Assembly: GCA_028534125.1 (NCBI GenBank)
Contig: CM052825.1
Location: 20,460,001-20,524,000 of the forward strand
Length of the DNA: 64,000 bases
From: Lama glama
Taxonomy: Eukaryota
Reading direction: 5' to 3'
This document shows, piece after piece, positions 12,410-24,670 of this stretch. The notes beneath the pieces are model-generated. The model was given only the letters and a program-made list of their open reading frames with translations, made no database searches and was not told where the DNA came from. Every line of letters starts with the position of its first letter. Position 1 is the first letter of the stretch. Made by a program: the position numbers and the translations under genes.

Positions 12410-13810
12410 TAATTTAATCAACGGAACTGTATATTTGCCTCCCCGTCTGGAGGAAAACACGGATTCACACATCAAATCGGATATAGAAAGCAATTCTGAG
12501 TAGATTGAATATGTAAATGTATAAAAGAAATAGGAAAGGAAATAAGAGACTATATGTATAAACCTGGGATGGGAGAGACCTTGTTAAGCTAGACAGAAAG
12601 TCCAGAAGCTGTGAAATAGATGATTGACAAATCAATTACGAGAAAATATTTTTAAATCTGTTCAACCAAAGACCATATTAAAATAAAAAGCAATGATAGA
12701 TGGGGATTGAATGCTTGCAATACACGTGATTGATAAAAGGTTAATATTCCTAATAGCTAACTAAAGGGCTTCTCTAAAATGGTAAGAAAGAAGATAAACA
12801 ACCCAGTTTAAAACGGGGCAAAATACATAAACAGCAACAAGCAGTTTGTGAGCAGGAGGCCCTTAAACCTATGAACATTGCTCAACCCCACTGATAATCA
12901 GGAAAAGGTAAATTAAGGCAAACACGTGGCACCATGCTTCTCCCATCTGTGGCAAAACATCACAAAGACTGACCACCTCCAGTGCTGGTAAGGGCGCGGA
13001 GAAACGGCGGTCACGCGATCACGTGATCACGTGTACAACTGGTTGAAACTGCACAAGCCTTTTTGCAACATAATTCTAGCATTATCAATAATCAAAATGT
13101 TCTCTCCATTAGGGCCAGCAATTCTTTTTTTGAAGCGCATATTCCAGAAATAAAAGCTGTACAAGGACACATAAGCACATTATAGCATTGTTTGTACTGT
13201 TCCCCTTCAAGGAAAAGAAAAGAAAAAAAATGCAAAACAGAGGCAGAGGCAGATGAGAGAGTGAGCCAGGGAGAGACAGAGACAGAGAGGCTGAGAACCA
13301 TTCCGAATGTCTATCAAAAGGGAAAAAAGAGTTAATAAAATATGGCAAACCTTACAAGGTACTATGATAGCAGTCCTTTAAAGGAATGAGTGAGATCTGT
13401 AACAGAAAGTGCAGAGTAATAGACTGATTTAGCTTAGTTCGTGATACTGGGGGTGATGCTTGGAGCCAGGCTACCTGGATTTGATTCTCTCCTCCAGCAC
13501 TTGTGAGCCTGGAAGCTAATTAACCTCACTGTGTCTCAGTTTCCTCTGGTAGTTGAGAAAAACTGCTGCGGAGATTAGAAGAGTCAATCCCGTACATCGC
13601 TTAGAACTGTGCCTGGGAGCAATCGTGAGATATTAGTATTTGTAACATAATGATTCCACTCTTTATGATGCAGTTAAAAAGAGAAAAAACGAAACACCCT
13701 AGATGTAGCTGGTTCTAGTGTTTGAAGGAGGGGGCGATGTAGCAGACTAAGGAGAAATGGGATTTAGAGGGGAGATTAATCACCTCATCATTTTACTCTT
13801 CCTATTTCAA
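12410..13810 (+). mobile_element. Very old L1 (L1ME-type) ORF2 C-terminus and 3' UTR, interrupted by a MIR
   Basis: gataaaaggttaatattcctaata; aagataaacaacccagtttaaaacggggcaaa; ccagcaattctttttttgaagcgcatattccag. Confidence 0.75.
13430..13640 (+). mobile_element. MIR SINE inserted in L1ME
   Basis: ttggagccaggctacctggatttgattct...ttaacctcactgtgtctcagtttcctc...gcttagaactgtgcctgg. Confidence 0.8.
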
Positions 13811-14789
13811 TGCTACAACAAAGACAGCCGATATTCAGCAGTTAGGCGACCTTTGGACTATAGGAGTTGCGAAAATACTGAAACATTTCCTGCCAGTCAG
13901 AACAGAACATTCCCACTATCCTAACCATCCTGGGCCCTTTCCTAGGGGCTCCCCCCTCCTCCAGCCTATCCCATGATCCAGCAGGGGAAGGGTTAATGCG
14001 TTGCCCGACCAGATCCCTGCTCCAGCCAAAGGCTTAGATCCATTCTCGATCACAGTTGTGTATTCTGAATATCATGCCTGAAGACAGCAACACATCACCT
14101 GCGCAATTTAAAAAAAAAATCAATAAACTATAACGCGGGATATAATGCAAGCCTACATTTCCGCATCTTGACGGTATTCACCAAAGCCAAGGCTGACTTC
14201 TGTGATTTGCATACTGCTGCCTTCTCCTCCACCAGTTCCTCCCGACAGTGATATTCAAATTACTCTCTACCTGAAGCTAGCATGGTAAATAATTGAACCT
14301 CTGAAAGAACATTAAAGAACTTAAAAAAAAATCCTTAAATATTACCTACACATGCTTTTACTGCAACCTACAGGGTGTCTTCCTGTGATTCACAGCTCAA
14401 AATCTCTTGAGCCCCAGAAGTCTTTTAGAATAATACCAGGAAATGAATACCTACCTGGTAATGCATTATAATTTTGAGGTCTGCCTGTGGATGGAAGCCT
14501 AGCCCAGGTTTGTACAAGTTGGAAAAGGATAAAAATGTCCCTGGCTCCAAATAAACAGCAGTGCCAACAACAGATTTTAATGTGCTATATATCCCCAGCA
14601 GTCTGGGAGGAGGGAAGTGAGCAGAGAGAGTACACCATAGGACTGAAGGGCAAAGCCAGCCCCCTCTTAGCTGGCTCTTTTATTGTGAGGTGAGGAGGGA
14701 GCAGCTGGACAGAGTGGGGGAGCTTCTGCTTAAAAGCAAGAGCCATGTAACTGGCACACACTTTTCCAGCCCTAGCAAGTATGTTTCAG

Positions 14790-14935
14790 GACTTCAGAGA
14801 ATTCTCTGACAGGACCCATTTCACAGATGTGGAAGCTGGAAGTTAACGCTCTTGTCCTCAGCTCTCACAGCCGATAAACTTTGGTGGGCAGGATGCGAAA
14901 GCAGGTGCCTCTGTCACTGAAGTCCACACTAGTCC
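14790..14935 (-). mobile_element. MIR SINE
   Basis: cccatttcacagatgtggaagctg. Confidence 0.6.
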
Positions 14936-15544
14936 TCTAAACAAGGTATTTCTGTCTCCAGGAGACAGATAGGCACAGAAATGATGGTGAGAGGAGGTAG
15001 GTCTCTGAGATGTTTAAGGATCAGGTTCATTTCTGGAGCCCCTGGATTAAAAATGAGCACACTTCTGGGTAAAGCAATTTCTAGCTCGTGACATGTCTTA
15101 GTTAATTCAGGGCTGACTGATTCATTTGTTGACTTGGCAGAGCTCAGTCCTTCCCCCAGAGGCACACGCGCATCCCTGCCTTGTTCTGGGCACGTTTACT
15201 TGCTCTTTGCCGCTGCCTGTGTGGGGAGTGAGTTTAGAGTAAAGACACTGTAAGGACGCTGGGAGATCCCACCATGCCTTCAGGTGTGAGACTGAAATGA
15301 GAGAGAAGGAGGGGTGGTCACGGTGGGTGTGCGGTGCTCCTCAGAAGAGATGCACCATGATTTCCTGAAATGGAATGGAATGTTAGGTAAACTTTATTTA
15401 TATGCCCTGATTTTCTGGGAGAGATTTTTTTCCTGAGAATATATTTCCTCAAATTCTCAAAGTGATCTGTAGCCCCAAAGAGGTTAAAAATCCACTGTCA
15501 TGGAGTCTCTGAATCAAATGTTAGGACCTCCATCTCCACTCAGC

Positions 15545-16070
15545 CTTCTTTCATTTAACTCATGTTTACTGAGATCCTACAACGTGCAAGTCATGGTCAG
15601 GTGCAAGGAGCATCACAGAACAAAGACAGAGAGCAATGAGGATCTATTTCCTGGTTTAGGCTGTTAGGGATGGATTCCTGGAGGCAGTGATATTAAAGCT
15701 GAGCTCTGAAGCATGGGTGGTTGGGAGATGAGGGGAGAGTTGAGGAAAGAGTGCTCTAAATTCTGGCTATTCCAAATGTGGTCTTCAGATCAGCGGCACC
15801 ACTGGAGAACTTGTTAGAAATACAAAATCCCAAGCCTCTTCTTGGATGTAGTAAATAAGAGCCAAACTTTTTAACAAGATCCCCAGGTGATTTACATTTG
15901 CATTGAAGGTTGAAGAGGGCTGCTCTGAAGAGAAAGAACAAGATTTGAGGGACTGTCAAGAGGGTCGGGAAATCAGTGAAAAAGAACTGGTGGTGATGGT
16001 GGAGATGAGGCTGAAGGCAGGGGCAGGGGAAGATCACTTTAGATTCTCATAGCCATGTTAAGCGAAAAAG
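15545..16070 (-). mobile_element. L2 fragment interrupted by MER5A
   Basis: ttcatttaactcatgtttactgag...ggattcctggaggcagtgatattaaagctgagctctgaag. Confidence 0.7.
15762..15922 (+). mobile_element. MER5A-type hAT MITE
   Basis: cttgttagaaatacaaaatccc...tttaacaagatccccaggtgatt; 8-bp TSD ctctaaat/ctctgaag. Confidence 0.85.
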
Positions 16071-16344
16071 AAATATTTGAGGGCAAGTAAATGATTATGC
16101 TTTGTGCAAGAACTTTTGAAACCCCAATTTGGCAGCATTAGGTATGGAGTAGTGTATATATAATGAATGTGGAAAACAGCAAATGCTTGTGGTTATCCAT
16201 CCTCCCCATGACACATACCATGCATCACCTCTGTTTCCTCATCTGTAAAATGGGGATAACAAAGCCTCCATTTCAGGGTTGCTGGGATAGTTTAACAGAT
16301 CGTTTGCCTATAATGCTCATAGGACATATGTCACAAGTGAGTTT

Positions 16345-17830
16345 ACTTCTCACTGATTCAACAAACATGTGTCCTGGTCCTTTATTCTAAGCCCCAAAAT
16401 AGAAGCGGCAGATGCCACAATGAACAAGATATGATCTATAGTCTCAGGGAGTTCAATGTCACCTCGGAGAAAGTGGGGTGCAAACAGGCTATTATAACTA
16501 GCTGATAAGGGTAAAGACAGAAGAAATAGAGGGCTTGTACGAATGCACACGAGATGGATAACAGAGAACCCAGGGGGCTTGTGTAACGCCTCATGGAGGA
16601 AGGGATGTCTAGGCTGATCCTGGAGAATACCAGGGAGGTGGAGTCAGGTAGCCCAAGAAGAGGGAGGTGAGCAAGACAGACCTGAGAGACATCCAGAACC
16701 AAAAAGGAAACCCAGTGGAGAGATGGAAAAAAACCCATAAGTAGATGATCCAATTATGGAGAAGCCTGAATAGCTCTGTGATACAGGAAGAGGAGCTTCA
16801 ACTCTTCCATAACTAGAAAAAAGCCAAGTAAAATAAGGAGCCGCTACCTATCCATCAGAATGGCAAAGCATGGAGACAGGTGGCCAACGCCAAGAAGCAT
16901 GGAGCTGGGAACTCTCCTCCCCTTCTGGTGGGAGTGTAAACTGGCAAAATCACTTGGAAAAGCTACCTGGTGGGACTTGGTGAACTCAGGTGTGTGTGCG
17001 CCTGCTCAGCTATTAATTTCTCTCCCACACATATATCCCTGGGGAGTTCTCAGATAAGTTCAAAAAGGGATGCATTGTGGCATCAAGTTTATTTGTAACC
17101 TCAAGAAGTTGGAGGGAACCCAGGGGTCCATCATTAGGGGATTAGGTAAATTAAAATGTGATAAATACATGTTCCAGAAAATCACAGAGCATGAGGAATT
17201 CACAAGCTAAATACATAGAAAGCACTAGAGACGGATCTTAAAATAGTGTTGAGTGAAGAAAGCCTCAGGATGTGTTTTGTAACACAAAGCTACTTATGCT
17301 AATTAAAAACACATTCACAATCAAAATAACTGCAATTTTATAATATTTACAACCATACATCAAGCACGCGAGAGAAGCAGATGATATTGGGGACGAGGTG
17401 TGTAAGGGAAGAAGTAAATGAATAATGAAATAAGACAAGGGCCATCCATTGACCAAGTATGATGGTGTGCAATGAGCTCGGGAACATGATTAATTCAGCT
17501 CTGTGCCCCTGAGAGCCAATAAACAAACAATCAATCAATAAAAGGGGGGGGGGTGTGAATAGAGTGTTTCAGGCAGAGGGAAGAACAAGTACAATTTCCA
17601 GAGGCAGAAGAGGATGTGATGTGCTCTGGGCACAGAGAGAAGGTAGGGCTTGAACAAACACTGTAAGGAAGGAGGGGAGTGGGGAGTTCCAAGGACCCAG
17701 ATCCTGAGGGTCCCCAAAGCCATGCTACATAATCAAGATTTATCCCAAGGTCATAGGGAGTCACTGAAGGATTACAAGGGATATGATTTTGTTTTCAGTT
17801 TTGTCCAAACTCTAGTAGCGAGAGAACAAG
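16345..17830 (-). mobile_element. L2 (minus strand) split by an old L1 at about 16830-17450
   Basis: L2 tail ctcactgattcaacaaacatg at about 16350; L2 body resumes at about 17555 (gagtgtttcaggcagagggaagaac). Confidence 0.6.
16830..17450 (+). mobile_element. Old L1 (L1ME-type) 3' part
   Basis: ccatcagaatggcaaa...ctggtgggagtgtaaactggcaaaatcacttggaaa...atcttaaaatagtgttgagtgaagaaagc. Confidence 0.7.
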
Positions 17831-17879
17831 GCAGTCAGTGTGAGTCTGAGGCTCAGGGCATTTGTTTATTTTCATGTGG

Positions 17880-18290
17880 TATCAGTATTCAGTGTTAATG
17901 AAATAGGCTTTGGGATCCAAATCAGGAACTTGATTTTTTTCCCCACTTTTAAACCAATTATGAGACACCATTGACACTTTCACTGGTGGCAACACATAAG
18001 AGGCAATGTACAGGGTCACACTGTGTGATCTTGAACACGAGTTGCTTTGTTTCCTTATCAGCAAAACAACACAAGCACTTCCTACCTCCAGTCACCACTG
18101 GAATTAAACAGACGTTACTTCTGTGTCTTCACAGCAACCTCGTGAGATAGGTATTATTTACATTTCATATGAAGAAGAAACCAAAATGGAGACAGAGATG
18201 TTACGTGACTTGCCCGAGATCATTAACAGTTAGTTGGGGTGAAACAGGCAATTCTGTTCACAGGCTGTCTAACACCTCACTGCACCGCCC
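17880..18290. mobile_element. Two MIR fragments in opposite orientations
   Basis: Plus: ctgtgtgatcttgaacacg...tgtttccttatcagcaaaac; minus: cacagcaacctcgtgagataggtatt...gtgacttgcccgagatc. Confidence 0.65.
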
Positions 18291-18439
18291 TTACCTTGCT
18301 TCCTTCAGAGTTCGTAGCCTTGCACGAGCTACTGCACATAGTATGTCTAGAACGTTGTGCCCAGAATTCTAGAACAAATGGCCTTGGGGATATATTGGAA
18401 CTGTACACATGTTTTGTTGAACCTGAATAGTTTTTTTAA

Positions 18440-18720
18440 AAAATATTTTTGTATTAATAGTCTATATTTTGAAATCTGAAGACTTTTACATAAAAATTCA
18501 GGACTTCATTTTCTTGTGAAAAGTTGAAAAATTTGGCAAGACTGGTCTCCCATGCTCATCTAGAAAAATCCAGAAGAGATGAGCAGAGGCTACTCATTTA
18601 GCAGGGCATATACTTTCCAATTTTCCACAGTCCCCACTACTCCCTAATGTGCCAGCTTCATTTCTTTCATTCTCTCTAACTGCCTAGTAGTAGCAGGCTT
18701 TGATTTTATGACCCCAGCTG
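18440..18720 (-). mobile_element. MER102-type MITE
   Basis: tttacataaaaattcaggact...ttggcaagactgg...tttccacagtcccca; reverse of the 9146 copy. Confidence 0.75.
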
Positions 18721-19114
18721 TAGGCAATAAATGGCCTATTCACTGAGGGGATGGGGTAGTTCAAGGTCTTAAAAATCCAAGGACTGGCCTATCTCAGAAT
18801 GTGAATCAAAAGTAAAATCTTCCTGGAGATTTACGTCTCAACCCTCATTGATCGTTTCTCCTTTGACCTTAATTTCCTCGTTCATAAACTAGCCAACTGA
18901 TACGACAGTAAATATCATCAAAACATGAGCATTGGAGTTGTTCCTTTAGAAGCTGAACATTAAGCTTAGCTTTTTCAATAACTCCCTATTCATTCAAATC
19001 TAATTACAAAATGATTTTTAATCATTGTAAAATAAGTTCACTCTTCATGTCTGGAAATGTTAAAGCACTAATTTAACAGCAACAACCAAAAAAAAAAAAA
19101 AACCTAATGGATTT

Positions 19115-19254
19115 NNNNNNNNNNNNNNNNNNNNNNNNNNNNNNNNNNNNNNNNNNNNNNNNNNNNNNNNNNNNNNNNNNNNNNNNNNNNNNNNNNNNNN
19201 NNNNNNNNNNNNNNNNNNNNNNNNNNNNNNNNNNNNNNNNNNNNNNNNNNNNNN
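19115..19254. other. N-run, 140 nt, in apparently non-repetitive DNA
   Basis: Directly visible; flanks match no repeat I recognise. Confidence 0.95.
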
Positions 19255-19524
19255 ACTGAGCAATGTTATGTTGGAACGGTGGAGTAGCCAAATTGAGGTT
19301 TATAGGTTCCATTTGCTTATGTAGAAAAGGATTGAGTCTCACTTCACCCAGTGGCAAAGAGGACAGAAATGCACTATTTCTCGGAATCCTGCCACTTGAA
19401 AGCAGAATTCATCCATCCAAATGGATAATGTAACTCATGTTCAACCTTACGTTTGTGATGAGATGTGGTTTGAATTACCCATACAAGTCTAGAGGGATTT
19501 TGCGGTTCCTTTGGTCTCACTGAC

Positions 19525-20062
19525 CATGATTGGCGGAGTAACCGTCCTCCCAAGGATGTCTGTGTTTTAATCCCCAGGATCTGTAATTATGTTAGGAGAC
19601 ATGGCGAAAGGAAATTAGGGTTGCAGAGAAATTAAGTTGATAATGAGCTGACCTTATGAGCTATGACTAAGAGATCAGTCTGGATTCTCCGGATGGGCCC
19701 AATATAATCACAAGGGTCCTTAAAAGTAGAAGGGAGGCCAAGGAGGACAGCCAGATGTGATCATGGAAGGAGGACAAAGTGATGTGATGTGAGAAGAACT
19801 TGATCTTCCCTTGCTGGCTTTGAAGGTGGAGGAAAGGGACCATGGGCCATGGAATGCTGGCAGCCGCCAGAAGCTGGAAAAGACCAGGAAACAGATTCTC
19901 CCTGAAAGCTTCCAGATGGGATGCAGCCTTGTAGACAGCTGGATTTTAGCCTAGTGAGGTTTTTCTGGGACTTCTAGTCTACAGAAGTGTAAGATAATAC
20001 ATTTGTGTTAAGTCACGTAGCTGGAGGTAATTTGTTACAGCAGCAAACAGAAAACTAATACG
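19525..20062 (+). mobile_element. MaLR solo LTR, MLT1D-type
   Basis: aatccccaggatctgtaattatgtt...ccagaagctggaaaagaccaggaaacagattctcc...gttacagcagcaaacagaaaactaatac; perfect TSD ctgac (19520-19524 / 20063-20067). Confidence 0.92.
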
Positions 20063-20679
20063 CTGACACTAATGCCATGTTCATAGAAAGAGTAATAGAG
20101 GAACTAACACACAGCCTTGTTCTACTCAAAATTAGTAGACGAGGATACAAGGATTACTGTATTTCCTCAATTTTGTGATGCATGTTTGTTTTGTTTTTCA
20201 AAATTTAACATTTCTCAAGTGAGGAGTTTTCTCACAATCGAAGAGTATAGTTAACAGAGTGCTTTTCCCCAAAAATCTTTCTAACAAAGTTGGGAGCCAT
20301 TATTAAATAGATTGTACATTTTAAAATCTCTACCGCCTTAAACTCATACAAAGAGTAGTCGTTTGAAGAAGCGAGCGGGTGGAATTCAATTCAAGAAGCA
20401 TTGATTATCTTTTCAGTGCAAAGCATGTTGCTAGGCATCGGGCTGGGCTGGACTTGGGAAAAGAAACACTCTTGACTCCAGTATTTTCACTGACAAATGG
20501 AACAGTGACCTATGCATGATAAATTCTACCCAAATTCAGACTCATGTTATGATTAAGGCACCAAACACAAAATGCTAGGATCAGGGACCACGCTTGCTGC
20601 ATTTCTCTCTGAGCTCCCTGGATCTAGACAGGGCCCAGCACAGAGAAGGTACTCATTTGACAGACTTGTATAAGTGCTA

Positions 20680-20800
20680 TATAGGCTTTATCTCATTCTT
20701 CTACCAGATGGATCATATTGTGTCCCCATTTTACAGCTGAGGAAACTGAGGCTTAGCATGAATAATTAATTTGCCCAGAATCACACAGCTACTAACAGCT
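20680..20800 (-). mobile_element. MIR SINE
   Basis: ccccattttacagctgaggaaactgaggctt. Confidence 0.8.
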
Positions 20801-20805
20801 TAGAC

Positions 20806-21023
20806 CAGGGTTTCTCAGCCTCAGCTCACTGATCCTTTGGGCTAGATAATTCTTTGTTGGGGGTGGGGGAGATGCTGCCCCGTGCATTGTAGTATGTTTA
20901 ACATCCATGGCCTCCAATCAATGGATGCCAGTAACACATTCCCCTCCACTGGTGACAACCAAAAAATGTCTCCAGACTTTGATAAATGTCCCCTGGCATA
21001 TGTCTCCCAATTGAGAACTACTG
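20806..21023 (-). mobile_element. MER20 hAT MITE
   Basis: TIRs cagggtttctca...tgagaactactg; TSD gcttagac/gcttagag. Confidence 0.92.
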
Positions 21024-21046
21024 GCTTAGAGAAAGGAACAGCAACA

Positions 21047-21613
21047 TATAGTATGTGTGGTCTTAAAATACATCCATGAAATCTTTCCCACTCTTCCTTT
21101 AAAGAGTTGGAACCTAATTTCTATTTTCCTGAGTATGGGGAGAATTTAGTGACTTGCTTCTAATAAATGGAATATGGTGGATATAACTGGGACATATGAG
21201 ATTGGGTCATAGAAAATACTGTGGCCTTCTCTTCATTCTTTCTCTGAAATTGCTTGCTCTAGGGGAGGTGACCTGCTATGTCTTGAGAACACAAAAGTAG
21301 CCCTATGGAGAAGTCTCTGGTAAGGACCAGAGCCTCCTGCCTACAGCCAGTGAGGAGCTGAGGCATCTAGTCAATTGCTGCGGAGTGCACTACTTTAGAA
21401 TTAGATTCTCCAGTCCCAGTCAGGCCTTCAGATAACTGAAGCATCAGCTGACATCTCACCTACAATCTCATGAAAGACCCTGAGCCAGACCCACCCAACT
21501 AAGTCAGTCCTGGATTCCTGACCCTTGGAAACTCACTGAGATAATAAATGGTTGTATTTTAAGCTTTGCTAAGCCCTGGACTATTTGTTACACAGCAATA
21601 GATAACTAATACA
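21047..21613 (+). mobile_element. MaLR solo LTR, MLT1F-type
   Basis: ttagtgacttgcttctaataaatggaatatggtgg...agaccctgagccagacccacccaactaag...gttacacagcaatagataactaataca. Confidence 0.88.
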
Positions 21614-21859
21614 AAATAAATGACATGTTGAGGGAAGGAGTAAATGGTCTAGAATGGTTGGGTTTTGGGGTGCATAGCAGGCATGGTGATGAGGGGGGGA
21701 GGAAAAGAAGGCAAAGAAGAGAAACTGGAAAGGCAGAGAAAGGTCAAGTTGCAAACGACCTTGAAATGCATGCTCAGGAATTGGCCTTCATTCTGATGGC
21801 AACTGGGGCCATGATGGGGCTGCTGCACTTTCCATCACTAATAACGCAAATCTGGGTAC

Positions 21860-22016
21860 TCTTCTGTTGAAGTCTCCTAATGGCTTCTCATTGCTTTAAG
21901 CAGAAAGGACCAACGCTAAGTAAAGCCGAGAGGGCCTTTCATTTTCTTTCTCCTGCCTAACTGGTCAGCCTAGTCTTCTGCCACTCTGTTCCGGTATTGT
22001 CCCCATCTCAATACAC

Positions 22017-22054
<38 letters not shown>

Positions 22055-22450
22055 ACTTCAGACATTGCTATTCCTTTTCCACTTTTACTTCTCTTATATA
22101 CGGGTCCTCCTATGCTTTTATATGCTTGCCCTTGTCCTGGATGCCTCTCCCTACCTCTGCCCCTTGGATTTCCTGGACTAACTGTCCCTTTTTAGAAAGA
22201 CTTTCCTATTCTTCCCAGTTGGGGGAGGTGCCCTCCCACATACTCCCACACCCTCCCGGTTTAGTCTGGGCAGATCTCTCTCCCAGCACTCATGCAACTA
22301 TTCTGGACTAAATCAGTTATAATTTGTCCATTTCTGTAACTCTCTCCCCCACGTAGATTTGGGCTCCCTAAGTTCATCGGCGGCTTTTAAAAAAAATTTC
22401 TAAAGATGGTGTGTGTTTAATACATGTTTGTGGAACAAATGAATAAATAC
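21860..22450 (+). mobile_element. L2 3' region
   Basis: ctcctaatggcttctcattgc...ttaatacatgtttgtggaacaaatgaataaat. Confidence 0.6.
22013..22056. repeat. (CA)n microsatellite, interrupted
   Basis: Directly visible. Confidence 0.95.
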
Positions 22451-23024
22451 ATGACCGCTGAGTTTTGCTGACTCCTACGTCTGGAGAAATCCAAACTTCT
22501 CTGTACTTTGGTAGCCAGGTGATTTGTCTTTGATGGCTTCTGAAGAAAAATAAGTCCAGTATTAAGGAGTCTTATCTCGCCCAATGGATGTATGTACCTT
22601 GTGTTTGCACTGGACATAAACATGGATATAGCAATAGCAGGTCTTGCTCTTCCCTACAAATCACTGGGCCAGTTCCGCTCAGAGCAGACCAAGAGGTATC
22701 ACACTCACTTTGAAACATGACCTAATTTCACTGACTCACGGGCAGAAATCCTGAGATGCTGGTCCCTCTCCACCAATGTCCCCAATCTTTCCTCCTATGA
22801 CAGGAATAAAAAACAAAAAAAGCTATTTGTAACCCTGATCATTTTCAAACAAGTTTGTTCCTGTTAACTGTTGGGAGGCCATTCACTGTTTTTTTGTGGG
22901 GTCTGTTTATTTCAGTGAACTGGGTTTGGCTTCAGGACACAGGCTGGGGCAGAGCTGAGCATCCGAAGTGCCTCGGATCTATCAAGGCAAAATGGTGAGC
23001 CCGAAATTTGAGAATTATATAGGA

Positions 23025-23235
23025 CAGAGGTCAGCAAACTATAGTCCACAGGCCAAATCCAGTGCTACATTTTATGACCTATGAGTTATGAATGGTTTTG
23101 ACATTTTTTAGTGGTTACATTTTAAATGGTTATATAAGCACTTATGTAATATCTTTGATTTTTTGCCTCCTGGCTTAACAAAGCTTCAAACATTTACCAT
23201 CTATGGCCACTGGAGAAAAAGTTTACTGATCCCCA
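23025..23235. mobile_element. MER58-type hAT MITE
   Basis: TIRs cagaggtcagcaaact...agtttactgatcccca; TSD atatagga/atctagga. Confidence 0.88.
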
Positions 23236-24419
23236 ATCTAGGAGAGAGAAAAAAATCCCTCAGAGAGGGAATTTGGAGAATAGATATGTCTACCATGGAT
23301 GTTTAAGTTGTTTAAAATTTACAGTTGTACAATCTACAGTTACAAGGCGTACCGTGTAATCCCCTTCCTCCCTCCGCTAGGGAATCTGCGTTGCTTCTGC
23401 AGGGGCCATTGAGACTTGTGACTTATGACTTATGGGTCCTTTGTTGGAGGGGCTGAAAGGGTAAGGGACACTCAGTGCATGTACCTGAAACCAGAGACAG
23501 AGTATGCGGAAGCAGGGTACCAGACAGCAGCCGTCATCTGGTCACTTACAGCCTCCCTGTTTATTGTCTGCAGCGCTCAGGTCAGGCTGGGGAGGAATGA
23601 CACAAATCCATCACCTGTCCTCTCTTCCCACTGCCTAAGTGGGCTCTGTCCTTTGAGAGGGCGTGTCCCGCCGTCACTTAATCATGGAGTCCTCTCCTCT
23701 CCCAGCAGCCCAGCAGCCGAGCGCACAGCCGCTTCGCACAGAGAGCCCTCTTACCCATCAGGGGACGACACTGCCTGGCAATCATTTTGGCTTTTCCAGA
23801 CTTAATGTTCTCTCTCCTTGGGTCCTTCCTGCCCCAGTGGAAAGCAAAAGCATGCTATTTTAAGACATCCTTTGATACCAAAATACCACTTTGAGACACT
23901 CGTGTCCTTCCTTCCAATAACCTCTTTTGTTTAAAGCATAAAGAACTTATCAGGCGGGGCAAGTCATGGCTTCCTATGGGAAGCAAGTCAAAGGGCAGTG
24001 TGGAGACTCTTACAGGATTTCTGCTGCCCCAGGGCATCCACGCTTCCAACTCCAATGCCGAGGGCTTTGTCCTCTTCAGTTTCTCATTCTCATCTTCACA
24101 GACTGGGGACTAAAGGGAGGGATCACTGGGGACCCAAGCTTCACGTGGATGGAGCATCAAGGTGAGAAAGGACAGGCTGATAGTGGGCACTCAGCCTGGC
24201 CACAGGGAAAGAACTGGAAAACATGAAAAGTAAGAGAGAACAGGCAGTGGAGAGAGCTTTTCCCTACAATGGCAAAGATTAGTTGAGATTCTCGGAAGGT
24301 GGCATGAGGGTGGGTGTCCAGCGACATCATACAGACTAACAGATATTTGGAAGAATGAATAATAAACACAGGACCCTCTTAGTTTTAGGTCTTATTGCCA
24401 TAACTGTATTCTGCCTTCC

Positions 24420-24670
24420 TAATAATCGTTAATATTTATTGAATGCTAACTATGTATAGGTGCACTGCTAATCCACTTACAAGATTCAGCTCATTTACTG
24501 CAGGTGATAATCCTATAGTGCAGGAACTATTGCTACCCTATATTTACAGGAGAGGAAACCAAAGCTCAGAGAGGTTAAGCCACTTGTTCCCTGTCACACA
24601 GCTCCTGAGTGTGTGAGCTCACATCGAGGCCCAACCCCAGAACCTCAGCTCAGAACCTCTCCATCAGATC
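24420..24670 (-). mobile_element. MIR SINE, near full length
   Basis: taatatttattgaatgctaactatg...tttacaggagaggaaaccaaagctcagagaggttaagccacttg. Confidence 0.85.

Noticed and set aside
20145-20310. Possible old Tigger-like MITE (tactgtatttcctcaatt...); similar sequence at about 975-1015 and 2105-2140
   Set aside because: Too degenerate to define TIRs or a family without a Dfam search.
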